Of a stretch of DNA of 64,000 nucleotides, positions 10,425 to 20,330 are shown one piece after another; position 1 is the first letter of the stretch, and the number at the start of each line of letters is the position of its first letter. The notes under the pieces are model-generated. The model was not told the DNA's origin. It did no database searches and saw nothing but the letters and a program-made list of their open reading frames with translations. The DNA is from a virus (lineage: Duplodnaviria > Caudoviricetes). Position numbers and translations under genes: made by a program. The DNA is taken from positions 1-64,000 of IMG/VR virus record IMGVR_UViG_3300005330_000014; one strand, written 5' to 3'.

Positions 10425-11186
10425 TTATAAAACAATTTTTCCTTCATCCACCTGTTTATTCAATTCTTCCAATTGCGATGGGACAATTTGTCCATTAGCT
10501 AAATAATTAATATATTTACCATTACGATATAAAATAGTATTATATAAAGCCGCGCGAGTTTTTGCTTCTTCGGTCGATTGATTTTCAATAATCGCATCAA
10601 ATTTCTCTAACCGAACTTGAATAGTATCTCCGGGGACAACTGGCTCTATCTTGCCATCTTTTTCGATGTAACTTAAAAACAAGGTATTATAAGTAATTTG
10701 CTTATCGGCGGCAATTGTTTCTGCCGAATTACGATACAATATCTCAGATCGTCTTTCTAATTCATTAAATTTATCTTGAGTGGAACTAAATTCAGAAGAT
10801 AACTTTTCAATTTGTTCTTTTTGTTCAGCAGTTAGGTCTTCCTCTTTGATATCTTTGAATTTTGTATATTCTTCGCGGATTTCATTAATTTTCTCGATAG
10901 ATTCTTGTAAATCTTTTTTTTCTAATTCGGATAAAAAACCATCACTATTATCGTAAGTTTTATCTATAATAGCCCGAGTTAGAATCCCACGGCGCACTGC
11001 ATCTGCCCACGTTTCTTGGTAAACATTTTTAGCCGCTTCGATTTCTTTGCGCGATGGCTCTTTGATGATGACTTTAATCTCTTTTTCTATTTCTTGTAAG
11101 GTGGTTAATTCGCTACCGTCTTCCTGTATTTTGGTGACTTTTTCTTTTGTCGGATATTTTAATGTATAACTAAAAATTTGTTTCAT
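10425..11186 (-). CDS. Probable tail assembly chaperone
   Basis: Acidic coiled-coil protein between tail tube and tape measure. Confidence 0.55.
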   Translation of the reverse strand: MKQIFSYTLKYPTKEKVTKIQEDGSELTTLQEIEKEIKVIIKEPSRKEIEAAKNVYQETWADAVRRGILTRAIIDKTYDNSDGFLSELEKKDLQESIEKINEIREEYTKFKDIKEEDLTAEQKEQIEKLSSEFSSTQDKFNELERRSEILYRNSAETIAADKQITYNTLFLSYIEKDGKIEPVVPGDTIQVRLEKFDAIIENQSTEEAKTRAALYNTILYRNGKYINYLANGQIVPSQLEELNKQVDEGKIVL

Positions 11187-11194
11187 AATATTAA

Positions 11195-11461
11195 TTATTT
11201 TAAATTGCTGATGTAACGATTGATATCTCTAGCATACCCCCCAGCAAGACTACGTAAGAAATTTTTTTGTTTATTTTCATCCCACGAATGAAAAATTTGT
11301 GCAAATTCATAACTCTTAAAGTAGGACACGGTGTATTTTGGTAAATTGTACAATTCCACCGCGCGCCGCGTGGACTGCATTCCTAATCTTTCTCCAATTA
11401 GATCAAATAGTTGTTTCTCGTTTAATTGTTTCATATTTCTAATTCCTTTGTATTGTATCAT
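11195..11461 (-). CDS. Hypothetical protein
   Basis: ORF co-oriented in the late block. Confidence 0.6.
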   Translation of the reverse strand: MIQYKGIRNMKQLNEKQLFDLIGERLGMQSTRRAVELYNLPKYTVSYFKSYEFAQIFHSWDENKQKNFLRSLAGGYARDINRYISNLK

Positions 11462-11519
11462 AATTATTTGAATATTTCTATATATTATTAATTATATAAT
11501 TATTTATTCTTTACTTAAT

Positions 11520-11783
11520 TTATTCATTTATTATATTTTCCAAATCTCTTTTTGACTGCATAATTACATCTAAAATTCTTTTCCTAACCCATGCTGCTCT
11601 GTTCTCATCAAAATAATTGGCGAGGTCAACAGCGGTATGAAGTTCGGTCGGTAAGTTAGCATATAATTTATTGAAGTTATTGTCATGATTAGATTTAAGG
11701 TCTTCTAAAATATTTAAAACGTTACGACCTGTGGCCGCAAAAACCCGTTGAATTTGAAAGAGAATCTCTTCGTTGTTATCCAT
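11520..11783 (-). CDS. Hypothetical protein
   Basis: ORF preceded by late-promoter motif at 11816-11823. Confidence 0.65.
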   Translation of the reverse strand: MDNNEEILFQIQRVFAATGRNVLNILEDLKSNHDNNFNKLYANLPTELHTAVDLANYFDENRAAWVRKRILDVIMQSKRDLENIINE

Positions 11784-11849
11784 ATACCTATTTTAAATAC
11801 CTTTACCTATTAATCTTTACACTTTTAAAATTATAAACTATGTAAAAAA

Positions 11850-11882
11850 GTACAATAAAAAACCCAAAACTTGCGAATTGGG
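11850..11882 (-). terminator. Intrinsic terminator after tail tube gene (hairpin + 9 nt + GTAC)
   Basis: CCCAA...TTGGG stem, then TTTTTTATT, then GTAC on minus strand. Confidence 0.7.
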
Positions 11883-11908
11883 TGATTTATTTTTATTTAT
11901 GTGATTTT

Positions 11909-13009
11909 CTATACGAGATTTCCTGAAATAAATACGTTATGAACTGCATCAGTTGGTCCACCAATCGTTGTTACATATTGCAAACTAACTCTTTCGTTTT
12001 GTCCAAGAGCAGACTGAAAGTTTTGACTTTCAAGTTTAGCCCCCAGCACTTGATATTGAACGGCAATTGGACCAGAGCCACCACAAGCAGGTTTAGCTAG
12101 ATTAATTGTAATATTATTATTAGTATCATTGCAGAACAATGAACTCAAATCACCGCTAACTAAATCACCAACTTCGGCTTCAATACTAAGAGTCACTGTA
12201 ACAGGGAAGTTAATTTCACGAGAGAACGGGAAAGTAGAACCGAGTTTGCTAAGTGGCTGACGAGAAACTGGAACGCTTAAGTCATAACTTTGAATTTTTA
12301 AATCAGAAACTTTAGGGCCGAATACTGGATCAGCAAAACTGAGAGTAATATCGCCGGGACGAATCGCGGCAACTGCTCCAGCTTGACCAGAAGTAGCAGC
12401 AGGAAGAATGAATTGATTCGGGAAACTAACGCGTTGACCGCCCGATGGGATAATTGCTGGGCTAAGTCCACTGGTAGTACCAGTATAAGAAGCAAAGTTT
12501 AAACCTTCAATAGTTACAGCTTCGGTGGCGAAGTTACCTACAGAACCCCGAGCTTGGAAATTGCTAATGAATCCGTTACCAATAGCTTTCACTGCTTTAG
12601 TGGAATCTGGATCAAGATTACCAATAGCATCTGATCCTTGACGGACAGTTTCAATAAAGTAATTCTTTTCGTCCTGAGTTTTATTTAGGATGCCAGATAA
12701 CATACCTGCCGTACCATCAGTAGTAAACCCAAGAGTGTTGGCATTGTAGGTATTAGCTACGATATAATCTAAGTTTAAAGTGACAGTAGGTGCAGTAAGA
12801 ATAATACGATCTAACTCTGCTAATTGTCCATACTGGAAAATAGGAGTACGATTAATATTAGCACTGTTATTGGCGCTTTGAATACGATGTAACTGAGCAA
12901 CAGAATTGACTCCGCTTAGACCGCCCGAGGATAGCATGTATCCCGTTGCGCTTGGTCCAGTTGAGCAGAAAACGGCTTGCTGCTGAGTAATGATACGTGT
13001 AAATGGCAT
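11909..13009 (-). CDS. Major tail (tube) protein
   Basis: Beta-rich, G/S/T-rich 366 aa protein; biased codon usage of a highly expressed gene; own late promoter and terminator; position before chaperones and tape measure. Confidence 0.75.
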   Translation of the reverse strand: MPFTRIITQQQAVFCSTGPSATGYMLSSGGLSGVNSVAQLHRIQSANNSANINRTPIFQYGQLAELDRIILTAPTVTLNLDYIVANTYNANTLGFTTDGTAGMLSGILNKTQDEKNYFIETVRQGSDAIGNLDPDSTKAVKAIGNGFISNFQARGSVGNFATEAVTIEGLNFASYTGTTSGLSPAIIPSGGQRVSFPNQFILPAATSGQAGAVAAIRPGDITLSFADPVFGPKVSDLKIQSYDLSVPVSRQPLSKLGSTFPFSREINFPVTVTLSIEAEVGDLVSGDLSSLFCNDTNNNITINLAKPACGGSGPIAVQYQVLGAKLESQNFQSALGQNERVSLQYVTTIGGPTDAVHNVFISGNLV

Positions 13010-13119
13010 ATTAGTTTATTCTTTCTGTGAATTGATTAAAATCTTAATTAGTATCTTTATTTACACTAAATCGATTTTAAAAATGTTATTTTAGCTTATT
13101 TTTTCTATTTTATTTATGT

Positions 13120-13977
13120 TTAAGTGACTCTGTGATTAGGAAATCTAACATATTTTATCTGAAAATCAGCAAAAGCCGCGCGCAAATCAGGATATCGATT
13201 ACTAAAATCTCGATTACTTAATTTGTAAAAATCAGCATCCGCAATGTAGGCCAAATTATTAGAAAATTGGCTAACGTAATTCAGATAATTATAGTTCCCC
13301 AAAGCCGTCCGATAATCACCATAATAATTATACGGTATAAATCCCGATCCCATAATAGGAAAAGAACTATATTTTTCGTCAGCAAGCAAACACCCTACCG
13401 CATCTAACTGATCCTTGCTATTAGATAAAATTATACAATGGATATTTATTGTGCTTTCAATAAGTCCGCCTAAAGAGTAAGATTCGTTAGTGAAATTACT
13501 ATTTGTTATAAAAATGCCCGGTACAGTTAAATCATACTTAGATAATCCGCTAAGCGGTTTAGCATAGCTAGCCTGAATTTGGAAAGCAGTTTCATAAATC
13601 AATTCTTCATCTGTAGTAGTAGTTAAATAAACATTGAAATCTTTGATCGAGTAATTACCAGAAACAATCAAATTATTGTTACCCCCACTGAAAATAGCTC
13701 TATTATTTAAATAATCAAAAATTAATCCACTTTGCCCTTTATTACAAAAATTACCATTAACGTAAACTCCTGTAGGAATTTGTGCTCCCGATATTGAAAA
13801 GTCACTAATAGGCTGCTTAAACGGGGCGGCATATACTGAAAAACCCGGCAATTCAGGGTCATTTACCTTGTAAAATAAAGAGCTAACATTTTGGAAAGCA
13901 TGGCCTTTCTGTGCTATCTGATGGTCGATAAACAGCCCAAAAGAGTAATATAAGTCATTGATTGGACTAGTAATCAT
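13120..13977 (-). CDS. Probable tail completion/terminator-like structural protein
   Basis: Synteny immediately upstream of tail tube. Confidence 0.45.
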   Translation of the reverse strand: MITSPINDLYYSFGLFIDHQIAQKGHAFQNVSSLFYKVNDPELPGFSVYAAPFKQPISDFSISGAQIPTGVYVNGNFCNKGQSGLIFDYLNNRAIFSGGNNNLIVSGNYSIKDFNVYLTTTTDEELIYETAFQIQASYAKPLSGLSKYDLTVPGIFITNSNFTNESYSLGGLIESTINIHCIILSNSKDQLDAVGCLLADEKYSSFPIMGSGFIPYNYYGDYRTALGNYNYLNYVSQFSNNLAYIADADFYKLSNRDFSNRYPDLRAAFADFQIKYVRFPNHRVT

Positions 13978-13978
13978 T

Positions 13979-14617
13979 TTATTTTTTATTTAAAATTTTT
14001 AATAATTCAGAGACATATTTTCTAGCCTTGTATGCCGCCCCGGGATGTATTGCATTTGGACGTTGTAATCCAGTACCCGATCTGCTCTCGGAATTGGAAT
14101 TTTTTCCGTATAATATTTTAGGGTCTTTGCTAAATTTGTAACGATCTAGTCCCGGTATGCCTCGTTCAATGCTAATAGCCCAGCTTCTTCCTTCTCCCCA
14201 TCCATTATCATCACTAACATAATTTCCTAAATCAGTAACATCTTTAATATCATCAATAGTCGGATATGCCATTTTAAACTTAAATGTTTTACTAGTTTTA
14301 TCGTAATTAAAGGTTTTACTTAAAAAAATAGTTTTTTCAAAATACTTATATAAATCTTGTACAGGCTTAGACCCCGCATCGAAACCAATAAAACTAAATA
14401 GATTACCATTCTGTCCGCTTACCCCGTAATTAGCTTCTGGCCCTGCTAGTATTTCTTGAGTAATTTCATGCTCTATAAATTCTTGTAAAAATTCTTCTTT
14501 TTTCTTTTTTACAACTTCTTCTGCACGTTTTTGGGCAATAGGTTGCGCTTTCTTGAAAGTAGCATTTTCAATTTTCTCTCTGATTTGTTTAGAATTAATT
14601 GTAACTTTATAAGCCAT
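13979..14617 (-). CDS. Probable neck/tail completion protein
   Basis: Synteny in the head-tail joining cluster; basic N-terminal helix. Confidence 0.45.
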   Translation of the reverse strand: MAYKVTINSKQIREKIENATFKKAQPIAQKRAEEVVKKKKEEFLQEFIEHEITQEILAGPEANYGVSGQNGNLFSFIGFDAGSKPVQDLYKYFEKTIFLSKTFNYDKTSKTFKFKMAYPTIDDIKDVTDLGNYVSDDNGWGEGRSWAISIERGIPGLDRYKFSKDPKILYGKNSNSESRSGTGLQRPNAIHPGAAYKARKYVSELLKILNKK

Positions 14618-14618
14618 A

Positions 14619-15548
14619 TTAGTATTTTTCTAATTTATTTGTATCCATAGCGTTCAACCAACCTTTGAAGGACCAACCCTTATGCTTTTTGATACGCCCA
14701 TATATCAGATTTTTTAACCCATGAACCGCAATATTATTTAGTTTGGCGAAATAAGACATATAAACTCCCCGACCCACATATACAATTTCTCCCTTTTGGT
14801 TTTCAAATATTGCATGATTTGGATTATCGTAACGAGTCCAGCCGTTATTATAGTTTGTTTTCTTTACCCAAACTTCTAATAATCCTATATAATCGCGAGA
14901 ATGAAACCTTTTAGATCGGCAAAATTCCTTTAATTCATTTTTTTTGACTTTTAATAATTTACCGTCGGGAGAAATAAATTGATAATCATCGAAAAATTCA
15001 GGATCAAGTTTTGTCGTTGGGAGCCTCCAGCCTTTGAACTGTTTAATTTGACCATCCAGTACCTGAAAAATGCCCCATCTATCCAATTTATTTTTTTCAC
15101 AAAATCGTTTAAGGCCACGGTCTTCAACAAGTTCTCCAGCGGGAGTAAGTATAGAAAATTTGCGCCCCATTCTTTTGATGGCATTTGAACTCAATATTTG
15201 TCGATCATACTCATTTGGATAATGACCTGCTGTGGACCTTATATTATAACCTAACGCTGGATCACAACTAGAATAAAAATCGATCCAATATTGCTCCGCC
15301 TTGGATAAATTATCGCGATGCTCTACGCTAATAATGTCAAATATAAAATTATTCTCTCCGAATTTGATGAAATCATCTTGCAAATAACGATTATGATGTT
15401 TGTTTCTTTTCAAAGAACTAAAATGCACGCCTCTTCTTAAGGAAAATAGCTTAGTACCACCTATATAAATCTTATTATTGGTTAGACATTTAATCATATA
15501 AATGCCTGCCTTATTTTTGTGAATTATATAATCTTCAGATGTTAACAT
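14619..15548 (-). CDS. GIY-YIG homing endonuclease with C-terminal repeated DNA-binding modules
   Basis: AGIYMIKCLTNNKIYIGGT motif, conserved R, E(Q)YWI and YN; repeated 'FISPDGKL..V..LK.FC' modules. Confidence 0.9.
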   Translation of the reverse strand: MLTSEDYIIHKNKAGIYMIKCLTNNKIYIGGTKLFSLRRGVHFSSLKRNKHHNRYLQDDFIKFGENNFIFDIISVEHRDNLSKAEQYWIDFYSSCDPALGYNIRSTAGHYPNEYDRQILSSNAIKRMGRKFSILTPAGELVEDRGLKRFCEKNKLDRWGIFQVLDGQIKQFKGWRLPTTKLDPEFFDDYQFISPDGKLLKVKKNELKEFCRSKRFHSRDYIGLLEVWVKKTNYNNGWTRYDNPNHAIFENQKGEIVYVGRGVYMSYFAKLNNIAVHGLKNLIYGRIKKHKGWSFKGWLNAMDTNKLEKY

Positions 15549-15550
15549 GA

Positions 15551-16012
15551 CTAAAGTTGACGCGAAAGATAAAAAGTAACAAAATTTGTATTAAATAAAC
15601 TAATTGGATTATAATTCATTAATAATTGACAATCTTTTCCGTCCACGATTATTTTTGTTGAGCTTTTAACCAAATTAGTATATTGTTTTTCTACTTTGAT
15701 TCTAACTATCCCATAATCTTGTCTTAAAGCGGTAGATACAGCCTTACTGTCCCCGTGCCCGAAAAAGATAAGTTCTGTTTCTGAATCCGCCTTATCTAAA
15801 TATTTAATTCGAGCATTTATGGTAGTTTGATTGGCGGTGTAAGTAACTGTGGTATTATGGGTATCTGCTAACGGATTAAAACTATCTGGATCAACAACTG
15901 TAGCATTTGCTACTTCATCTACAATAATTATTGGACGTTTATGAGTATCGTGCAAATCATCAATTAATTGCGAAGCAGCATTTTTAATAGAATCTGGAAG
16001 CAAGCTAGGCAT
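15551..16012 (-). CDS. Probable head closure/adaptor protein
   Basis: Size and synteny between capsid and tail genes. Confidence 0.45.
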   Translation of the reverse strand: MPSLLPDSIKNAASQLIDDLHDTHKRPIIIVDEVANATVVDPDSFNPLADTHNTTVTYTANQTTINARIKYLDKADSETELIFFGHGDSKAVSTALRQDYGIVRIKVEKQYTNLVKSSTKIIVDGKDCQLLMNYNPISLFNTNFVTFYLSRQL

Positions 16013-16014
16013 AA

Positions 16015-16524
16015 TTAACTATAGCTAATTGGGGCAGAGGTATCTGGTAAACTAGGATCAACCGTTTTAGTATATAAAAATGACCAATATGGAATAAAGT
16101 ATGGGTTGTTTAAGGAAGCTGGCAGAGAACTATTTTGACGGTATTGGAGCGCCAATTTATTTAAATCAGATAATGTATCCGACGCTAATCCTCTAAATAC
16201 TTTAGCGACTTCATTACGATTAACCATTCTAACCGTGGAATCTCCTTCGGTAACTTCCAATACTGAGAATGCTCCTGCCGCGCCATGAATTTTTACTTGT
16301 CTCAGATAATAATTGTAAAGATATATTATACCAAAAATAATAGCTTGAGCATCAGTTAATTCAGGGGAACAATCATTTCCTAGTATTTGAATTTTGGTAG
16401 ATAGCCTAGTATTTAAATCGCCTAGATGTGCCATTAGCCAAGTTAAAATTTTAGCGACAGAAGTATCATCCGATTCTAAAAGATCATTGTACCATATATT
16501 AGAAGCTAAATCAATAAGATGCAT
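16015..16524 (-). CDS. Probable head-tail connector protein
   Basis: Helical 169 aa protein downstream of the capsid genes. Confidence 0.45.
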   Translation of the reverse strand: MHLIDLASNIWYNDLLESDDTSVAKILTWLMAHLGDLNTRLSTKIQILGNDCSPELTDAQAIIFGIIYLYNYYLRQVKIHGAAGAFSVLEVTEGDSTVRMVNRNEVAKVFRGLASDTLSDLNKLALQYRQNSSLPASLNNPYFIPYWSFLYTKTVDPSLPDTSAPISYS

Positions 16525-16526
16525 AA

Positions 16527-16859
16527 TTAAATAATAGTTGTAGGGTTCACATTGATATATCCGCCCATTAAGTTGATAAAACTTCCTGTAGTTTGAGCTT
16601 GTATAGTGTAAGGATAAGTGCCAACCGCCAAACCAGATGTTTGTAAATTATTCAAATAAATACTGAAAATTCCTGATTGTCCAGTTAACAAATTAATAAT
16701 AAATGATTCGATTCCAGTAATAGAGGAATATTTTTCCTTAACCGTGGAACTAAAAGTATACCCCGATAAATTAATCGGATTACCATTATCGTCCAATGCT
16801 TGCCAAATTAGCGAGTAATCTCCGCCCCGATATATATTAGTTATATTATAACCAGTCAT
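16527..16859 (-). CDS. BppU-N/Ig-like virion structural domain protein
   Basis: IYRGGDYSLIWQALDDNGNPINLSGYTFSSTVK pattern typical of Ig-like baseplate/fibre N-terminal domains. Confidence 0.55.
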   Translation of the reverse strand: MTGYNITNIYRGGDYSLIWQALDDNGNPINLSGYTFSSTVKEKYSSITGIESFIINLLTGQSGIFSIYLNNLQTSGLAVGTYPYTIQAQTTGSFINLMGGYINVNPTTII

Positions 16860-16910
16860 TAGTATAAATTAAAAGTTTTATTACCTTAATTTACACTAAT
16901 ATAATCTTTC

Positions 16911-17189
16911 TTACTTTCTTTCTTGGAACTTTTTAAGTAAATTATTAATTAAAGATTCTCTATTATCGCGCGGAATTTCTCCTACATCTGTAGCATGTTT
17001 CTGCAAATCTAAAGCATTCATGTTAGCTAATTGTGATTTGTATTCATCAAGACTCGCTACTGTATAACTAGCAAATCCATCCAATGCGGATAACTCAGTT
17101 TCTCCATCCCATATTTTCCCCGTGGTTGTTTTGTATTTTGATAATTTACTTCTCATATTACTGTGCGGTTGGATATACTTTTTGCTCAA
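16911..17189 (-). CDS. Hypothetical protein, paralog of 17158-17442 (helix-extension-helix-like C-terminus)
   Basis: YKSQLANMNALDLQKHA...DNRESLINNLLKKF aligns with the neighbour. Confidence 0.6.
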   Translation of the reverse strand: MSKKYIQPHSNMRSKLSKYKTTTGKIWDGETELSALDGFASYTVASLDEYKSQLANMNALDLQKHATDVGEIPRDNRESLINNLLKKFQERK

Positions 17190-17442
17190 ATTGATGTTTA
17201 TTAAAAGCTTTGAGCAAGCACTCTATATTAAAAGAACGGTTGTCCTCGTAAAAAGGAAGGTTTAATTCAGCACAATGAAATCGAATATCTGTGTTATTCA
17301 TTTCTGAAAGAAAAGCTTTATAAGAAGCTTCATCTTTTTGCTTATATTTGGAAGTTCTAATCCCCCAAATTTCATCCATCGTTTGTCTAACGACTGGTTT
17401 AATTTCGGCGGGTTGTGTTTTATTTTTTGCAGTTTTTGGCAT
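17158..17442 (-). CDS. Hypothetical protein, paralog of 16911-17189
   Basis: YKAFLSEMNNTDIRFHC...DNRSFNIECLLKAF; late promoter at 17470-17477. Confidence 0.65.
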   Translation of the reverse strand: MPKTAKNKTQPAEIKPVVRQTMDEIWGIRTSKYKQKDEASYKAFLSEMNNTDIRFHCAELNLPFYEDNRSFNIECLLKAFNKHQFEQKVYPTAQ

Positions 17443-17552
17443 ATTTTATATTTGTTATTGTTTCTATCCTTTACACTTTTATTTTTAAAATCATATAATT
17501 ATGAAGAATAAAATTTAAAAAGTGTAAATATAATAATAAAGCGATAATAATT

Positions 17553-18476
17553 ATGTCACAAACTAAACGAACAATAAATTACTGGTCTGTAGAGGAAGAT
17601 AGTATTTTACAACTTAATACTAATAAGATTTCTTATTTGAAAATGCAACAATTCCTACCCAATCGAACAATTTCAGCAATTAAGCAAAGAGCAAAAGGAT
17701 TAGGTCTAAAAAATAACTTTAGAAATTGCGAAACACGTTGTCACAATGAAAATTTTTGGGAAACCCCTAATTTAATTAACTCCTATTGGGCTGGATTTAT
17801 GTGTGCAGACGGTTCTGTAGGCAGGTATGGAGGCAATCGGGCAAGATTTGCCTGTGGACTTTCCGTAAACGATAAAAATCATTTACAATTATTTTTAGAT
17901 ACAGTGCAAAGTAATCATGTAATGATTAAGAAAAAACATCAATCCCCATCATCTAATAATATATGTGAAAGCGTTCATATTGCTATTAATAGTGCTCAAA
18001 AATGGCTGGAAGATTTGGAAATCAATTTTAATATAGTGCCAAATAAAACGCTAAGAATAGGGCCACCTAATATCTATAAAGATGAATTACTTTTTGCTTT
18101 TTTAGCAGGTTATACCGATGGAGATGGATGTATTTCTAAAATTAATGACGGTAGAGTTTCAATGGTTTGGGTATCATCGAGTCATAAAATGCTAGAATGG
18201 GTAGCCAACTTTATTGATCAAAAATTCTCATATCAAGTAGGCAAACAATCATTTCTACCCACTACATCTAGTGATATATGCGAACGCTGGGGAATAAACG
18301 GTTATAAATCAGCAATAGTTTTTAATTATATGCAAATGTTACCTATTCCTAAACTCGATAGAAAATGGAAACAAATATCTGTAATAGAAGCTGTTGATAA
18401 ATATAAACAAAAAAAACCTGCACTATTTGACTATAGTAACTTACCTACATTTGACGACTATCTTAAGTATATATAA
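17553..18476 (+). CDS. Double-motif LAGLIDADG homing endonuclease
   Basis: YWAGFMCADGSV and FLAGYTDGDGCI motifs; N-terminal Myb-like WSVEEDSIL; inverted relative to the block; own late promoter. Confidence 0.9.
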   Translation: MSQTKRTINYWSVEEDSILQLNTNKISYLKMQQFLPNRTISAIKQRAKGLGLKNNFRNCETRCHNENFWETPNLINSYWAGFMCADGSVGRYGGNRARFACGLSVNDKNHLQLFLDTVQSNHVMIKKKHQSPSSNNICESVHIAINSAQKWLEDLEINFNIVPNKTLRIGPPNIYKDELLFAFLAGYTDGDGCISKINDGRVSMVWVSSSHKMLEWVANFIDQKFSYQVGKQSFLPTTSSDICERWGINGYKSAIVFNYMQMLPIPKLDRKWKQISVIEAVDKYKQKKPALFDYSNLPTFDDYLKYI

Positions 18477-18515
18477 CAAAAAACCGCTATTTCTAGCGGC
18501 TTCTTGCTTTTTTAT
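18474..18515. terminator. Bidirectional terminator between endonuclease and major capsid gene
   Basis: CCGCTA-TTTC-TAGCGG stem flanked by A-run and T-rich run, between convergent genes. Confidence 0.7.
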
Positions 18516-18529
18516 TTTTTAGTTTAGAC

Positions 18530-19636
18530 TTAAACTATGCACGCAGTTATAAATCTATTATCAACTACCACACGAGATTCAACTAGCTTCATGAACCAGC
18601 CAATTTTCTCTGCGCGGCTAACCCATTGATCATCAGGCTTGACAAGTAATTGTCCACCATTTTTATCAATGCGAACTGGCCGTTTGCAAGATTGAGTACC
18701 TAAGTCCATACCTAAGACTAAATCTTGGGTAGCTACAGTATAAGAAGGAGTTCCGCTGTAGTAAGTATTAAAGATAGTATTTAACTTACGGTTTCCAGTA
18801 CCCAACTCTTTAAGTTGATGTAATTGAATGCCATAGATTTCCATAGCGCCCGCGCCGTCAAAAAGACGCTCACGAACTGAATCGGGAAGACCAAGAGCAG
18901 TTGCTCCGCTAGTTCCGGCGACAGAACCCGCACGAGTATTCATAGGTTGGTAAGCAAATGAGCGAACATCAGCCATACGCTCTGGAGATAGGAACATATC
19001 AGTCATTCCATAGTCACCAGCAACATTACCACCTGCAAAAGACTCATAAATTCTCGAATGACGAAGCATTAAGTTATTAAAATCGTCAATCTGGAAAATA
19101 CCAGCCGTAGTTGCTCCAATAGTGTTATTTAAACCATTAGGATTGCTAGTCGCGCCAGCCGCTAGAGCCGCGAGAATAGGAGCCCAACCGTTACGTTCTT
19201 GTTTCGCAAGAAATTCTTGAACAACACGATGAATATCATTAGTCATTAAGTCTAGACGAGCAAACTCCGCATAATCCTTATCAAAGGATACGGCGCTATC
19301 TAGCGAGTAAAATACGAAAGGATATTCAGTTAGACCTTCAGTGCTTTGGGTATGTAAGTTACCACCCTTAGTTACTGACCATACACGGAATTCGCCTTCT
19401 TTATAAGTCTGATAAGGATCGACAGGAACAGTTTGTGGCGCACCTTTTGGAATTAGAACGTCATCATAAATCGCGTTGACTGTGCCTTGCTGATCTAGCA
19501 AACGCTGAACCATAGGCCCAAGAAACGCGGCAAACGCAACCTGAGCTTGATATGCAACTTGCGGATTTTCGCTAGCCATTAGCTGCATAAGCTCTACCCG
19601 GCGTGGCGTTCTTTCGATTGATTTTCTTTTCTTCAT
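18530..19636 (-). CDS. Major capsid protein (HK97-fold expected)
   Basis: 368 aa; follows protease/scaffold and decoration genes; high-expression codon bias; C-terminal beta-rich segment (EKIGWFMKLVESRVVVDNRFITACIV). Confidence 0.8.
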   Translation of the reverse strand: MKKRKSIERTPRRVELMQLMASENPQVAYQAQVAFAAFLGPMVQRLLDQQGTVNAIYDDVLIPKGAPQTVPVDPYQTYKEGEFRVWSVTKGGNLHTQSTEGLTEYPFVFYSLDSAVSFDKDYAEFARLDLMTNDIHRVVQEFLAKQERNGWAPILAALAAGATSNPNGLNNTIGATTAGIFQIDDFNNLMLRHSRIYESFAGGNVAGDYGMTDMFLSPERMADVRSFAYQPMNTRAGSVAGTSGATALGLPDSVRERLFDGAGAMEIYGIQLHQLKELGTGNRKLNTIFNTYYSGTPSYTVATQDLVLGMDLGTQSCKRPVRIDKNGGQLLVKPDDQWVSRAEKIGWFMKLVESRVVVDNRFITACIV

Positions 19637-19690
19637 ATTATTTATTTTTCTAACTTAATTGCTAATTTTTTGTGTTAAATTTATTATAGA

Positions 19691-20287
19691 TTACCGAATA
19701 TCTAGCTTGATAAGTGAAGCACCATTCGATCCGCTAGAAGTCATGAAAGTGCCAATCCGAGGACGAGCAAAACCACCATAAGTAGCAGTGTCAATTGTAG
19801 TACTTTGGTTGCCAACAGCGATAAGACCTGCGCCACTATTAGAAACATAAGCTCCAGAACCGGGACCGGGATAACCGGCGGAGGTATCATAACCAGTGAT
19901 TTCAAAGAAACCGCGAGTTACATAAGGAACAGCACGACCAGAAGGAATAACTTGCTTTTCAGCTAACTTTTCCTCTGCAACGAAACGGGCATCTACCTGC
20001 CAAGGATCGAAAATATACTGAACAACTTCTTTTAGAAGCATACCAGCAACTTTAGTAGAGCCAGATACGGCAGCTTTTACTTTCCATTTTACTTCATAGT
20101 CAGCCGACCATGCATAGTTAGGAACACCAGCGAATCCGGGGCCGAAACCATTTTGGGTATCAGGAGCCGCAGATACGAATTCAACAATAGAGCCCTTAGT
20201 CAGAGCAGCTTCATTGGTTGAATATAGTTCAACTACATCATGTGCATTGAACTGACGAAACTTTTTTAAATCCATTACATTTGCCAT
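19691..20287 (-). CDS. Probable capsid decoration/cement protein
   Basis: Small G/A/V-rich beta protein between scaffold and MCP. Confidence 0.6.
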   Translation of the reverse strand: MANVMDLKKFRQFNAHDVVELYSTNEAALTKGSIVEFVSAAPDTQNGFGPGFAGVPNYAWSADYEVKWKVKAAVSGSTKVAGMLLKEVVQYIFDPWQVDARFVAEEKLAEKQVIPSGRAVPYVTRGFFEITGYDTSAGYPGPGSGAYVSNSGAGLIAVGNQSTTIDTATYGGFARPRIGTFMTSSGSNGASLIKLDIR

Positions 20288-20330
20288 ATTCTTATTTCTT
20301 TCTTATTATTTGATTTATATTTTGGTTAAA

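Noticed and set aside
10285-10430. Programmed frameshift joining the two tail chaperones
   Set aside because: An in-frame TGA at 10394-10396 lies between the upstream stop and the downstream frame.
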